Source of the DNA: Bacteroidales bacterium UBA1715
GTDB lineage: Bacteria > Bacteroidota > Bacteroidia > Bacteroidales > UBA1715
Assembly: GCA_002317135.1 (NCBI GenBank)
Contig: DCIX01000016.1
Span: 4,136 to 68,135, forward strand
Direction of reading: 5' to 3'
Length of the DNA stretch: 64,000 nt
A program made the position numbers and the translations under genes. The notes under the pieces were generated by a model. That model did not search any database, was not told the origin of the DNA, and worked only from the letters and a program-made list of their open reading frames with translations. Each line of letters starts with the position of its first letter. The first letter of the stretch is position 1. Positions 8,652-21,051 of this stretch are shown one piece after another.

Positions 8652-9841
8652 ACACAACAATCATAAAACCTCATGAAGGTATTCCTTCAACACTAATGTG
8701 GATGTTAGCCATAATGGCTGGCATATCGGTGGCAAATCTATACTACTGCCAACCGTTACTAAACATGATACGACAAGATATGCAACTTACAGAGTTTCAA
8801 GTAAATCTGATGCCTGTATGCACCCAAGTCGGTTATGCTTTCGGTCTACTCTTTATTATACCCATGGGCGATTTATACAACCGAAGAAAAACCATGCTAA
8901 TATGTGCAACAGTACTTACCTGTTCTCTCCTTTGTATTAGCCTATCCAACAATATTTGGCTGCTACTCGGAGCATCATTTGTCACAGGGTTCTTTTCTGT
9001 CATACCACAAATGTTTATGCCTTTTGCATCACTTTATTCCCGACCAGAAGAAAAAGAACATAAAGTCGGGATGATACTTTCTGGACTACTCATTGGTATT
9101 CTCGGTTCGCGCGTAGCAAGCGGTTACATTGGACATATATTGGGCTGGAGAACGATGTATAGTATAGCAGCTGTTGCAATACTAATAATGGCACGATTAG
9201 TCTATTCTCGTTTCCCCGAAGTCGCTCCAACATACACAGGACGATTCAAAGAATTATTAAAAAGCGTACGTACCCTTGCAATCCAATATCCCCAATCCCT
9301 ACTCTACTCAATTCGTTCCGCTTTTGCCTTTGGCTCTTTCCTCGGTCTTTGGGGATGCTTAGCCTTCCGCATGAAAGAAGCTCCTTTTTTTGTCGGCAGT
9401 GACATTGTTGGAATGCTCGGCATTTGTGGAATAGCTGGAGCATTAACTGCATCAAATGTAGGGAAATATGTACCACGTTTTGGCATTGAACGTATTAATG
9501 CAGCAGGAATTCTATTGCAAATAATTGCATGGACTATCCTCGGTATATACCACAACACATACATCGGTATAATATTGAGTATCATACTTATAGACATTGG
9601 AATGCAATGTATACAATTAAGCAACCAAAGTGCGACAATGAAACTCTGTCCAGAAGCCTCTTCACGTATGAACACCATTTATATGGTGACGTATTTCATA
9701 GGCGGATCATTGGGCACATTTCTTGCCGGTACACTTTGGAGTTTCTATGGTTGGATGGGAACAGTCTCATCAGGATTCCTCATGCTCTTCTGTTCTATTC
9801 TATCTATATTCGTTATAAATAGGATTATTCAGAAAAAATAG
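8648..9841 (+). CDS. MFS transporter (YnfM/YdeR-like)
   Basis: VANLYYCQPLL, PMGDLYNRR, about 12 hydrophobic segments. Confidence 0.9.
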   Translation: MNTTIIKPHEGIPSTLMWMLAIMAGISVANLYYCQPLLNMIRQDMQLTEFQVNLMPVCTQVGYAFGLLFIIPMGDLYNRRKTMLICATVLTCSLLCISLSNNIWLLLGASFVTGFFSVIPQMFMPFASLYSRPEEKEHKVGMILSGLLIGILGSRVASGYIGHILGWRTMYSIAAVAILIMARLVYSRFPEVAPTYTGRFKELLKSVRTLAIQYPQSLLYSIRSAFAFGSFLGLWGCLAFRMKEAPFFVGSDIVGMLGICGIAGALTASNVGKYVPRFGIERINAAGILLQIIAWTILGIYHNTYIGIILSIILIDIGMQCIQLSNQSATMKLCPEASSRMNTIYMVTYFIGGSLGTFLAGTLWSFYGWMGTVSSGFLMLFCSILSIFVINRIIQKK

Positions 9842-9845
9842 CAAT

Positions 9846-11237
9846 TTATTCTAAAATTCCGCCATTCTTTCGTGCATCTTCAAACTTTGCAGCCATTGTA
9901 GGATTATCACGAGTAAGCTTTTTAATTGTAAGAGCTTCCGCCTTATCATTCGCCAAACGAAGATTATTCTCACTTCCTATAAGTGCTTCTTTTATCTTTT
10001 GAAGATGTTGGATAGATTTATCAATCTCATCAATTGCACTCTTAAACTTTTCACTAGCAAGACGATAATTTCTACCAAACTTATCCTGAAAATCAAGCAA
10101 TTGAGCCTCAAAATTAGTAACATCAACAGATTGACTCTGTGCAATAGCCAACTGTTTTTTATATTCCAAGCTCTTTTTAGAAGCTTGTACCAATAAATTT
10201 ATAAAAGGCACAAAGAATTGCGGACGAATCACGTACATTTTAGGATACAAATGGCTTTTGTTTACAATTCCATTATTGTACAAGTCGTTATCAGCTTCCA
10301 AAAGACTTACAAGAACTGCAAACTCACATCCTTTTTTCTTACGATCTTCATCCAATTTCTTTAGAAAATCATCATTCTTGTGTTTAGTAGCAGTTGTATC
10401 CATTTCGTTTTTCATTTCAAACATTATGGAAATATACTCAACCTCATCTTCAAAATCACGGAATATAAAATCACCCTTGGTTCCATCTGCAGCATCGTTA
10501 TCTTTTTCAAAATACGCGTTTGGCATCATTGGACGAATATATTGTTCAAACTCTATACTGCAGTGTTGTTCCAATGTTTCGCCAACCATTTTAGTTGACA
10601 TTTTCGTTTTCAAATCCTTGTAATAGTCAACCAATTCCTGCTTCATGCGAAGTTCTTCTTCATGACGTTTTTTTAATTCATCCTCATGAATTTTCGCCTC
10701 ACTTTTTCCCAATTCAACAGCATTACGCAATTGAAGTATTTCTGTGTCTTTTGCCTGGACTGCCTGTTGTGCTTTATTACGTTCTTCCATAATAGCCAAT
10801 TGTACTTGGTTATTATTTTGTGAAATAGTAGCATTCAATTGATCTATCTCACGATTTTTCTCAGCAATAGCAACAGCTAATTCATTTTTCTTTTGGGTTT
10901 CGATAGATTGTAACTGCATTTTCAGTCTCTCAATCTCTGTAGCCAATGCACTTTTTAATTGAGTTGATTCGCTTTCCTTCTCTTTTTTCAAACGTTCTAT
11001 TTCTGCATTTTTTGTCGTTATTTCCATTTCCTTTTGCGACAATCTATTTTGAAATGCTTGTTCTGCCTTAGCTGACATCAATTCTTGTTCAGCCTTTTTG
11101 CGTTCATCTAATTCAAAAATTCTACGACTAAGTTCTGCCTCAAATTCCGCATTTTTAACTTGGTTCACGATAGAAGCATAGTCAGCTTCATCTACTTGGA
11201 ATACGTTTCCACAGTTTGGACATTTTAATTCTTTCAT
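9846..11237 (-). CDS. DUF2130 protein (Zn ribbon, coiled coil, RmuC-like C-terminus)
   Basis: CPNC, long coiled coil, [27 protein letters not shown]. Confidence 0.85.
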   Translation of the reverse strand: MKELKCPNCGNVFQVDEADYASIVNQVKNAEFEAELSRRIFELDERKKAEQELMSAKAEQAFQNRLSQKEMEITTKNAEIERLKKEKESESTQLKSALATEIERLKMQLQSIETQKKNELAVAIAEKNREIDQLNATISQNNNQVQLAIMEERNKAQQAVQAKDTEILQLRNAVELGKSEAKIHEDELKKRHEEELRMKQELVDYYKDLKTKMSTKMVGETLEQHCSIEFEQYIRPMMPNAYFEKDNDAADGTKGDFIFRDFEDEVEYISIMFEMKNEMDTTATKHKNDDFLKKLDEDRKKKGCEFAVLVSLLEADNDLYNNGIVNKSHLYPKMYVIRPQFFVPFINLLVQASKKSLEYKKQLAIAQSQSVDVTNFEAQLLDFQDKFGRNYRLASEKFKSAIDEIDKSIQHLQKIKEALIGSENNLRLANDKAEALTIKKLTRDNPTMAAKFEDARKNGGILE

Positions 11238-11493
11238 ACTATAATAATTATGTACTGTTTTTTCTACCTAAATTTGTTTATAAATATACGACTTTTTCCA
11301 TTGTCATGCAACAATGAAACTGTTCACAACAAAACTATCTTTCATTTAAAACAATTTATCCTTTTTTAATATTATACCCTCATTCATGTTATCTGTCAAG
11401 CATACGACAATACAAAAACAACAATTCAAATAATAAATATGTATATATTTCACCGAAAAACCTATCACATCGCTCAACTCTTAATTTATTTTC

Positions 11494-11501
11494 TATCTTT
11501 G
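11494..11501 (+). promoter_or_regulatory. Bacteroidota -7 promoter element
   Basis: TATCTTTG (TAnnTTTG consensus) shortly upstream of the 11524 start. Confidence 0.6.
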
Positions 11502-11523
11502 CACGCTTAATTTTAGTTCGGTT

Positions 11524-12963
11524 ATGGAAAACAGCGAAAAAAAATTCGGTCGTGATGATCGAAATTCATGGAAAAACAAGAGAGACAATCGTTCTCACAG
11601 AAGTTTCAATTCAAGAGAACGCTCTTTTAGTAAAGGTGAAAAATCGTTCGGCCGAGATGGTGACAACGATAATGCAAAACCACATTTTAACAACGGAGAA
11701 CGTCGTTCATTCAAACAATTTGACGACAGAAATTCCGAAAACAGAGAATTCAGACCTCGCCGTTCGTTTGGAGACAAACCTCGTTTTAACGATGGAGGAC
11801 GTCGTCCGTTCAAACGCTTTGATGACGAGCAAACTGAAAACAGAGAATTCAAACCACGTAGAGAATTTAATAGCGAAGATAGACCACGTCGTTCTTTCGG
11901 TGACAAACCTCGTTTCAATGATGGAGAACATCGTCCATTCAAACGCTTTGACGATGAACGATCAGAAAACAGAGAATTCAAGCCACGCAGAGAATTCGAC
12001 GGAGAAGAAAGACCACGTCGTTCTTTTGGAAACAAACCACGCTTCAACAAAGGATTCAGAAAATCAGAAAAGACATACGAAAACCCTATGGAATATACTT
12101 CCATAGACAAAAATCTTATTTCCCGTAACTACGATGACGAATGGAATGACAGCGTTGTTCTTGAAGATTTCGAAAGACCAGAAGAAGAATATATTGAACC
12201 AAAAGCAGCAGCAACAGAAGCAGAAGGTTATCGTTTGAACCGTTTCATTTCCGTTGCAGGTGTTTGCTCTCGTAGAGCAGCCGACGACTATATCGCAGCA
12301 GGAAAAATTACGGTAAATGGCAAGGTTGTCACAGACTTCTCTACACGAGTATTTCCTGGTGACGAAGTTTGCCTAAACGGCAAAAAACTTGTTTCTCAAA
12401 AACGTGTATATATCGTATTCAACAAGCCAAAAGATTGTATCTCTACAAAATCAGACGAACTTGGAAGAAAAACAATTTTCGACTATGTAAAAACAGATGT
12501 AGAAGTTAAGAATGTTGGTCGTCTTGACCGTGACACAACAGGCGTTATGTTGCTGACTAACGATGGTGACTTAATGGAAAGATTAACTCACCCACGATAC
12601 AACAAAATGAAAATCTACCACGTTTTCCTTGACAAAAATCTATCAGCAGAACATTTTGCAGAAATCACAGAAGGTGTCGATTTAGATCCAATAAAATCAG
12701 AAGACGGCAGCGAAATCAAGGGCGGACATATTGAAATTGATGACCTACAATATGTAGAAGGTGAAAAAAATCAAATTGGCATACAACTACACTCAGGAAT
12801 GTATCACGTAGTTAGACGTATTTTCGAGAAATATGGCTACACAGTTGAAAAACTTGACCGTGTATATTTCGCTGGGTTGACAAAGAAAGACCTTCCACGC
12901 GGACACTGGCGTTATTTGTCACAAAAAGAAGTTGCAATGATTAAAAGAGGAGCATACGCATAA
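11524..12963 (+). CDS. rluB: rRNA pseudouridine synthase (RluB/RsuA family) with S4 domain and long R/F/D-rich N-terminal extension
   Basis: RLNRFIS..GVCSRR, NKPK, GRLDRDTTG catalytic motif; exact subfamily uncertain. Confidence 0.85.
   Translation: MENSEKKFGRDDRNSWKNKRDNRSHRSFNSRERSFSKGEKSFGRDGDNDNAKPHFNNGERRSFKQFDDRNSENREFRPRRSFGDKPRFNDGGRRPFKRFDDEQTENREFKPRREFNSEDRPRRSFGDKPRFNDGEHRPFKRFDDERSENREFKPRREFDGEERPRRSFGNKPRFNKGFRKSEKTYENPMEYTSIDKNLISRNYDDEWNDSVVLEDFERPEEEYIEPKAAATEAEGYRLNRFISVAGVCSRRAADDYIAAGKITVNGKVVTDFSTRVFPGDEVCLNGKKLVSQKRVYIVFNKPKDCISTKSDELGRKTIFDYVKTDVEVKNVGRLDRDTTGVMLLTNDGDLMERLTHPRYNKMKIYHVFLDKNLSAEHFAEITEGVDLDPIKSEDGSEIKGGHIEIDDLQYVEGEKNQIGIQLHSGMYHVVRRIFEKYGYTVEKLDRVYFAGLTKKDLPRGHWRYLSQKEVAMIKRGAYA
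11752..12050 (+). repeat. 129-bp (43-aa) intragenic tandem repeat, about 2.3 copies
   Basis: RPRRSFG(D/N)KPRFN units begin at 11752, 11881 and 12010. Confidence 0.9.
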
Positions 12964-13856
12964 TGGCTTTCAAATCAGGATTTGTAAATATTGTTGGAAA
13001 CCCTAATGTAGGGAAATCAACACTAATGAACGAGTTGGTTGGCGAACGCTTGTCTATAGTTACAGCAAAATCACAAACAACACGACATAGAATACTTGGT
13101 ATTGTTAACGGCGAAGACCACCAAATCGTTTTTTCCGATACGCCAGGTGTACTAAAACCTGCATACAAATTACAAGAATCTATGTTAAAATTCTCGGAAT
13201 CAGCATTAGTTGATGCCGATGTGATTTTATACATTACAGACACAGAAGAAACGGCAGAAAAAAATGCTGAATTCTTATCTAAAATAAAAAAAATCGACCA
13301 TATTCCTATCCTATTGGTTATAAACAAAATCGACCTTATTAATCAAGAAAGATTAGTTGAATTAGTTACATTTTGGGAAAACCTACTACCAAAAGCAGAA
13401 ATAGTACCTTGTTCCGCACAAAACAAATTCAACGTGGAATATATAATGAAACGCATCGTGGCGCTTCTTCCTGAAGGAGAACCATATTATGACTTAGACG
13501 CTTTAACAGATAAGCCAATGCGTTTCTTCGTATCCGAAATCATACGCGAAAAAATTTTAAAACTATATAGCAAAGAAATTCCTTATTCGTGCGAAGTTGT
13601 TGTAGAACAATACGAAGAAGGTCCTAAAAATGTACATATTCGTGCTGTCATCAATGTTTCGAGAGATTCACAAAAGGGAATTATCATCGGAAAGAAAGGC
13701 GAAGGAATAAAACGTCTTGGTATTGAATCACGAAAAGATATAGAAACATTCGTAGGAAAAGGTATTTATCTAGATTTGTATGTAAAGGTTGAAAAAGATT
13801 GGCGTAACAACGATAAAAACCTAAAACAATTCGGTTATTTACAAGACGAAAAATAA
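12963..13856 (+). CDS. era: GTPase Era
   Basis: GNPNVGKS, QTTR, DTPG, NKID, KH domain. Confidence 0.97.
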   Translation: MAFKSGFVNIVGNPNVGKSTLMNELVGERLSIVTAKSQTTRHRILGIVNGEDHQIVFSDTPGVLKPAYKLQESMLKFSESALVDADVILYITDTEETAEKNAEFLSKIKKIDHIPILLVINKIDLINQERLVELVTFWENLLPKAEIVPCSAQNKFNVEYIMKRIVALLPEGEPYYDLDALTDKPMRFFVSEIIREKILKLYSKEIPYSCEVVVEQYEEGPKNVHIRAVINVSRDSQKGIIIGKKGEGIKRLGIESRKDIETFVGKGIYLDLYVKVEKDWRNNDKNLKQFGYLQDEK

Positions 13857-13873
13857 CCAATACAAACAAAGTA

Positions 13874-13906
13874 AACAAGGGCGTACAAAATACGCCCTTG
13901 TTCTTT
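13874..13906 (+). terminator. Intrinsic terminator after era
   Basis: AACAAGGGCGTA-caaaa-TACGCCCTTGTT, perfect 12-bp stem. Confidence 0.8.
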
Positions 13907-14057
13907 CATACAAGTTCCATCTATTTTCAGTCATTAACAAAATTGTTAATAACTTTTCAATACTTTACACCAATAAACACATCTGCAACGAAGTCTTTTT
14001 CGTACATTCGCTTGCATTTCCTAGAAAAGGAAAGCAATTATTTCACAAGATTCGTAA

Positions 14058-16037
<1,980 letters not shown>

Positions 16038-16069
16038 TAAACTATTTTTAACCATAATAATAAAACGAT

Positions 16070-17188
16070 ATGGAATTTATCATTTCAAAATCTGAATTAC
16101 AAAGCCAACTAAATGCAATTAAAGGCGTTATAAATTCAAAAAACACTTTGCCTATTTTGGATAATTTCCTTTTTACTTTGGAAGGAAACACCTTAAAAAT
16201 TGAGGCTTCGGATTTGGAAACATGCATGGAAGCAAACATCCCTCTTGAAAACACAAAAGGTGGCGGATCGATTGCTATTGATGCTAAAAAAATAATTGAT
16301 TGGATTAGTGCTACAACAGCAGATATACCTCTTACATTCAAAATTGATTTAACAAACAATCAATTGAATATTGATGGTCCTGGTATTGAATTCAAAACTG
16401 TTGGTGTTAATGGTGACGAGTTCCCAAAAACACAACCACTTACAGATGCAAAATCATTCACTATCGCTGCTGAATCTTTGAAAAAAGGTTTAACAAGTAC
16501 TGCATTTGCAACTGCTGAGGACGGTATTAAACCAACTTTGACAGGTATCCTTTTTGAATTAACAAGCGAACACCTACGCTTTGTTGCCACAGATTCACAC
16601 AAACTTGCCCGTTACACAAGAACAGATGTAAAATCAGATAGCGAAGCATCTTTCATTTTCCCTAAAAAACCTGCAACAATCTTGCGTAACATTCTTGCAA
16701 AAGAAAAAGGTGATGTTCAAGTTGAATTCGATGCACAACAAGTTGTTATTACTATCGGTCAATTTGTATTGAACTGTCGTTTAATCGACGGAAAATATCC
16801 TAACTACGCAGCTGTAATTCCTTCGGAAAACCCAAATACATTATTTATCAATAAAATTGATTTCCACCAAAAACTTCGTCAAGTTGCTTGCTGTTCTGAT
16901 GCATCACAACTTACTCGTTTTGATTTGTCACCAAACATCCTCACTATTTCAGCAACAAATATGGAAAATCAATCAAGTGGTAAAGCAACTATCACTTGTA
17001 GATACGAAGGCGAAGATATGGCAATCGGATTCAAGTCTAAATTATTGCTAAATATTATCGAAAACATCGAAAGCGAAGAAATCTCTATTGAAATGTCTGA
17101 CCCTGCTCGTGCTGGTCTTATTATTCCAGTTGACAAAGAAGATGAAAACGAAGATGTTCTTATGCTTTTAATGCCAATGATGATTTAA
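16070..17188 (+). CDS. dnaN: DNA polymerase III beta clamp
   Basis: NTLPIL, ASDLE, VATDSHKL, GKYPNY, terminal LLMPM. Confidence 0.95.
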   Translation: MEFIISKSELQSQLNAIKGVINSKNTLPILDNFLFTLEGNTLKIEASDLETCMEANIPLENTKGGGSIAIDAKKIIDWISATTADIPLTFKIDLTNNQLNIDGPGIEFKTVGVNGDEFPKTQPLTDAKSFTIAAESLKKGLTSTAFATAEDGIKPTLTGILFELTSEHLRFVATDSHKLARYTRTDVKSDSEASFIFPKKPATILRNILAKEKGDVQVEFDAQQVVITIGQFVLNCRLIDGKYPNYAAVIPSENPNTLFINKIDFHQKLRQVACCSDASQLTRFDLSPNILTISATNMENQSSGKATITCRYEGEDMAIGFKSKLLLNIIENIESEEISIEMSDPARAGLIIPVDKEDENEDVLMLLMPMMI

Positions 17189-17208
17189 TAACTCAACAAA
17201 ATATCGGT

Positions 17209-17241
17209 AAAGAGTGACGAGCAATCGCCACTCTTTTTTTT
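17209..17241 (+). terminator. Terminator-like hairpin after dnaN
   Basis: AAAGAGTGaCGA-gcaa-TCGcCACTCTTT followed by a T run. Confidence 0.75.
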
Positions 17242-17251
17242 ACATACATCT

Positions 17252-18019
17252 ATGAACTTAAAACTAACTAGACCAATCGCTTTTTTCGACCTTGAAACAA
17301 CAGGGTTAAATATTGTTACCGACCGCATTATTGAAATCTCAATATTGAAAGTAATGCCAAACGGAGACGAGACATCAATCACTCGCCGTCTTAATCCGGA
17401 AATGCCAATTCCAGCAGAATCTACGGCTGTGCATCACATTACTAACGAGGATGTAAAAGACTGCCCTACATTCAAAGAAAAAGCAAAAGAATTCGCACAA
17501 CTACTAGAAGACTGCGATATTGCTGGATATAATTCCAACAAATTTGATGTACCTCTACTTGCCGAAGAATTTGCCAGAGCAGATGTTCAATTTGACTGGT
17601 CAAAACGCAAGTTTGTAGATGTACAAGTTCTGTTTTTGAAAAAAGAACCACGCACGCTTTCTGCAGCCTATAAATTCTACTGCGATAAAGATTTAGAAGG
17701 TGCACACGCAGCTGATGCAGATACAAATGCAACCTACGAAGTTCTCAAAGCACAATTAGATAAATATCCTGACATTGAAAACAATGTTGAGTTCCTAAGC
17801 AAATACACTCACCATACCAACAATGTGGACTTTGCCGGACGAATTATCTACAACGATAAAAAACAAGAAGTCTTTAATTTTGGTAAATATAAAGGACAAC
17901 TTGTGGAAACCATTCTACAAAAAGATCCAAGCTATTATAGTTGGATGATGCAAGGTGAATTTTCGTCAAATACAAAACAAGTTCTTACAAACATCAAATT
18001 ACGAAATTTCGGTAAATAA
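17252..18019 (+). CDS. DEDDh 3'-5' exonuclease (DnaQ/epsilon-like)
   Basis: FDLETTG, YNSNKFD, HAADAD; C-terminal FGKYKG. Confidence 0.9.
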   Translation: MNLKLTRPIAFFDLETTGLNIVTDRIIEISILKVMPNGDETSITRRLNPEMPIPAESTAVHHITNEDVKDCPTFKEKAKEFAQLLEDCDIAGYNSNKFDVPLLAEEFARADVQFDWSKRKFVDVQVLFLKKEPRTLSAAYKFYCDKDLEGAHAADADTNATYEVLKAQLDKYPDIENNVEFLSKYTHHTNNVDFAGRIIYNDKKQEVFNFGKYKGQLVETILQKDPSYYSWMMQGEFSSNTKQVLTNIKLRNFGK

Positions 18020-18586
18020 ATGAAAATTATTGCTTTAGAACACGGTCATACTGTACAAACAATAGATGAATCACTTGTTTGCTACCCAGATTCTACGCTA
18101 ATTCGTAATAATGACGATTTCTACATTCCTAATTTTTCAAAGGATATTGTTGCCTATTGTGGTATATATCTGCAAGTTGCAAAAATCGGAAAATGCGTAG
18201 AACCACGATTCACAAACAGATATTTTAGTGAAATGGGAACTGCAATAAAATTTTTCGCAAAAGATGTAATTGAACGAAACAAGCAATTTGGTACAAGCAC
18301 AGACATTGCCAGATGTTTTGATCAATCGCTTGCTATTAGCAATGAGAAAATTCAATTTGCCGAAAACCTTAATATTGTTGCAACAATCAACAACACTCCT
18401 ATTCCTCTAAACGACAGATGGAAAGACTACGCAACAATAATATCAAAAGCAACACAATATTATACAGTAAAAATTGGAGACCTTATTTTCATTCCTTGTA
18501 CCGAACAACCAGTTTCTCTGCAAATCGGTGATGTTTTCGATATGAAAATACAAGACAACCAATTACTTACTTGCACAATCAAATAA
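18020..18586 (+). CDS. Fumarylacetoacetate-hydrolase-family protein, degenerate
   Basis: PDSTLIRNN.DFYIP.FS, KIGK, VKIGDLIF; metal-binding residues not evident. Confidence 0.7.
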   Translation: MKIIALEHGHTVQTIDESLVCYPDSTLIRNNDDFYIPNFSKDIVAYCGIYLQVAKIGKCVEPRFTNRYFSEMGTAIKFFAKDVIERNKQFGTSTDIARCFDQSLAISNEKIQFAENLNIVATINNTPIPLNDRWKDYATIISKATQYYTVKIGDLIFIPCTEQPVSLQIGDVFDMKIQDNQLLTCTIK

Positions 18587-18588
18587 TT

Positions 18589-19266
18589 ATGCAACAATAC
18601 AATTTACAACGCGTTTGGGATTTTCTTACAGAATTAAGTGTTAACAACAATAAGCCTTGGTTCGATGCACATAAAGCACAATATCAAGAAGCATTGGCAG
18701 ATTTTCGCTTATTTGTTGAAACATTCATTAGCGGTTTGTCAAAATTCGATACAGATATTTGTAATCTTAGCGTTGCTGATTGTACCTATAGAATTTATAG
18801 AGATATTCGTTTTTCACACGACAAAACTCCGTACAAAACACATATGGGCGTATATGTTTGCCACCAAGGAAAGAAAAGCGGATATGCCGGTTACTACATT
18901 CACATAGAGCCATGTAGCGAATGTATGATTGTTTCGGGTTTATACATGCCTACTCCAACCGACTTAAAAAGCGTCCGTGAAGAAATTATGTTGAATGGCG
19001 AAAACTTTGATAAACTCATACAAAATTGCCAAGGTTTTCAATTAGATTGGAGCACAGCATTAAAACGCATTCCGAATGGTTGGAATACAGAAGACAGATT
19101 TTCGGAATATTACAGACTAAAAGAATACAATCTTATACAACCACTCTCAAAAGAACAAATTTTATCAGAAAATTTTCTTGATTTTGCACTTGCAGAATGT
19201 AAAAAAACTACGCCACTCAATCAACTTTTGAATCGTTGCGTTTCGTACGGTCGAGAAAACTTTTAG
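18589..19266 (+). CDS. DUF2461 (TIGR02453) protein
   Basis: FL..L..NNNKPWF, RIYRDIRFSHDKTPYK. Confidence 0.9.
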   Translation: MQQYNLQRVWDFLTELSVNNNKPWFDAHKAQYQEALADFRLFVETFISGLSKFDTDICNLSVADCTYRIYRDIRFSHDKTPYKTHMGVYVCHQGKKSGYAGYYIHIEPCSECMIVSGLYMPTPTDLKSVREEIMLNGENFDKLIQNCQGFQLDWSTALKRIPNGWNTEDRFSEYYRLKEYNLIQPLSKEQILSENFLDFALAECKKTTPLNQLLNRCVSYGRENF

Positions 19267-19473
19267 TCTAACATTTATTTTTTATAGACAAACGAAAAAT
19301 TTACATTTTTTGAATGGATTTTTTCGCTCAATTCATAAGCCAAAATACACATTTCAGTGCGAGAATTAATCATCCTAACTCTCTTTTAATCACCTTATTA
19401 CATATTATTCTATTATAATTTGAAAATAGAAAAATCAGTTGTTCTTTTGCACTCGAAAAAGGTAGGAATAGAT

Positions 19474-21039
19474 ATGAAAATCAGTAAAAAAATCGCAACA
19501 ATAATCGCACTACTCTGTTCGACGATATTGTCAGTTGCACAACAAAACTTAACATTAGAAGAATGCAGGAATCTTGCCCTTCAAAACAATAAGCAATTAA
19601 AAATTGCGCAAGAAGAAATAAACAAGGCTGGCAATGATAAAAAAGCAGCTTTTGCGAATTACCTACCTAAGGTATCGGTTTCTGGCGTATACATGTATAA
19701 TAGCATTGACGAACTACACCTATTAAGCGACGAACAAGACGAAGCTCTTCGTAACTTAGGAACCAATATCGGACAAGGTTTAGGCGGATCACTACAACAA
19801 ATGCAACAAAATGCAGCCGCTACCATCCAACAAATTTTAACGAATCCCGCTGCCGATCCTGCTTTGGCAACACTTATTTCACAAAGTCCTACAATACAAA
19901 ATCTATTACAACAAATATCCACAGCCGACATTGCCACATCATTAGCTCCTGCTATGGGACAAATGAACGGCATCGGAGCTGAAATTGCCGATGGCATGGC
20001 ATTAGACATTCAAAATGTTTGCGCAGGAATCATTTCCGTACAAGAACCTTTATTCCTTGGTGGAAAAATTATTACTTATAATAAAATTGCCGCAGCAAAA
20101 AAGGAATTAGAACAAACCAAATATAATGCGGAAGAACAAGAAACAATGGTAACAACAGATAAGTTGTATTGGCAAATTGTTTCTCTTACCAATAAATTAA
20201 AATTGACCGAGAAATATGTCGAACTACTTCGTAGCATGTCTGAAAACGTAGAAAAGATGGCAGGCGAAGGTGTTGCTACTATGTCGGACAAACTTTCGGT
20301 AAAAGTAAAATTAAACCAAGCAGAAACGACATTGTTAAAGGTTCAAAACGGATTATCGCTATCAAAGATGTTACTTTGCCAACATTGTGGTTTAGACATC
20401 AACACAGAAATCACGTTAGCTGATGAAACATTAGAAGATGTCACAATTTCGGAAACACCTATACAATATAGCGAATCCGAAATTATGGAAAATCGTCCGG
20501 AATTAAAGAGCTTACAACTTGCTACTGAGCTTTATAAACAAAACGTAAATCTTACAAGATCAAACTACCTTCCAACGGTAGCAGCATTTGGAAATTACGT
20601 AATATCAAACCCATCTTGTTCCGACGGTTTCCAAAACGAATTTCATGGATTTTGGAACGTAGGCGTAATGGCAAAAATACCTCTTCTACAATGGGGAGAA
20701 GGCGCAAACAAAATCCGCAAGGCTAAATCAGAAGAAATCATAGCACAATATAAACTCGACGAAGCAAAAGAAAAGATTATGCTTCAAGTAAATCAATACG
20801 AAAAACAAATGAATGAAGCTAAATCGCGAGTAAAAATGTCGGAAGAAAAAATGAGCGACGCCGAAGAAAACCTTCGTATGGCGACACTTGGATTCGAAGA
20901 AGGTGTCATTCCATCATCTGGTTTGAACGAAGCCCAAACTGCTTGGTTACAAGCTCATTCTGAATATATAGACTCAAAAATTGACTGGATTATGTCGCAA
21001 GTCTATTTGAAAAAAGCAATTGGTATGTTAAATAAATAA
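19474..21039 (+). CDS. TolC-family outer membrane efflux protein
   Basis: Signal peptide, LTLEEC..LALQNN, duplicated OEP repeats (YLPKVS, RPEL, YLPTV). Confidence 0.9.
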   Translation: MKISKKIATIIALLCSTILSVAQQNLTLEECRNLALQNNKQLKIAQEEINKAGNDKKAAFANYLPKVSVSGVYMYNSIDELHLLSDEQDEALRNLGTNIGQGLGGSLQQMQQNAAATIQQILTNPAADPALATLISQSPTIQNLLQQISTADIATSLAPAMGQMNGIGAEIADGMALDIQNVCAGIISVQEPLFLGGKIITYNKIAAAKKELEQTKYNAEEQETMVTTDKLYWQIVSLTNKLKLTEKYVELLRSMSENVEKMAGEGVATMSDKLSVKVKLNQAETTLLKVQNGLSLSKMLLCQHCGLDINTEITLADETLEDVTISETPIQYSESEIMENRPELKSLQLATELYKQNVNLTRSNYLPTVAAFGNYVISNPSCSDGFQNEFHGFWNVGVMAKIPLLQWGEGANKIRKAKSEEIIAQYKLDEAKEKIMLQVNQYEKQMNEAKSRVKMSEEKMSDAEENLRMATLGFEEGVIPSSGLNEAQTAWLQAHSEYIDSKIDWIMSQVYLKKAIGMLNK

Positions 21040-21051
21040 AATGAAATAGTC

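Noticed and set aside
11552-12110. Long alternative-frame ORFs (184 aa +, 171 aa -) with internal repeats
   Set aside because: Shadows of the 129-bp repeat inside the pseudouridine synthase gene
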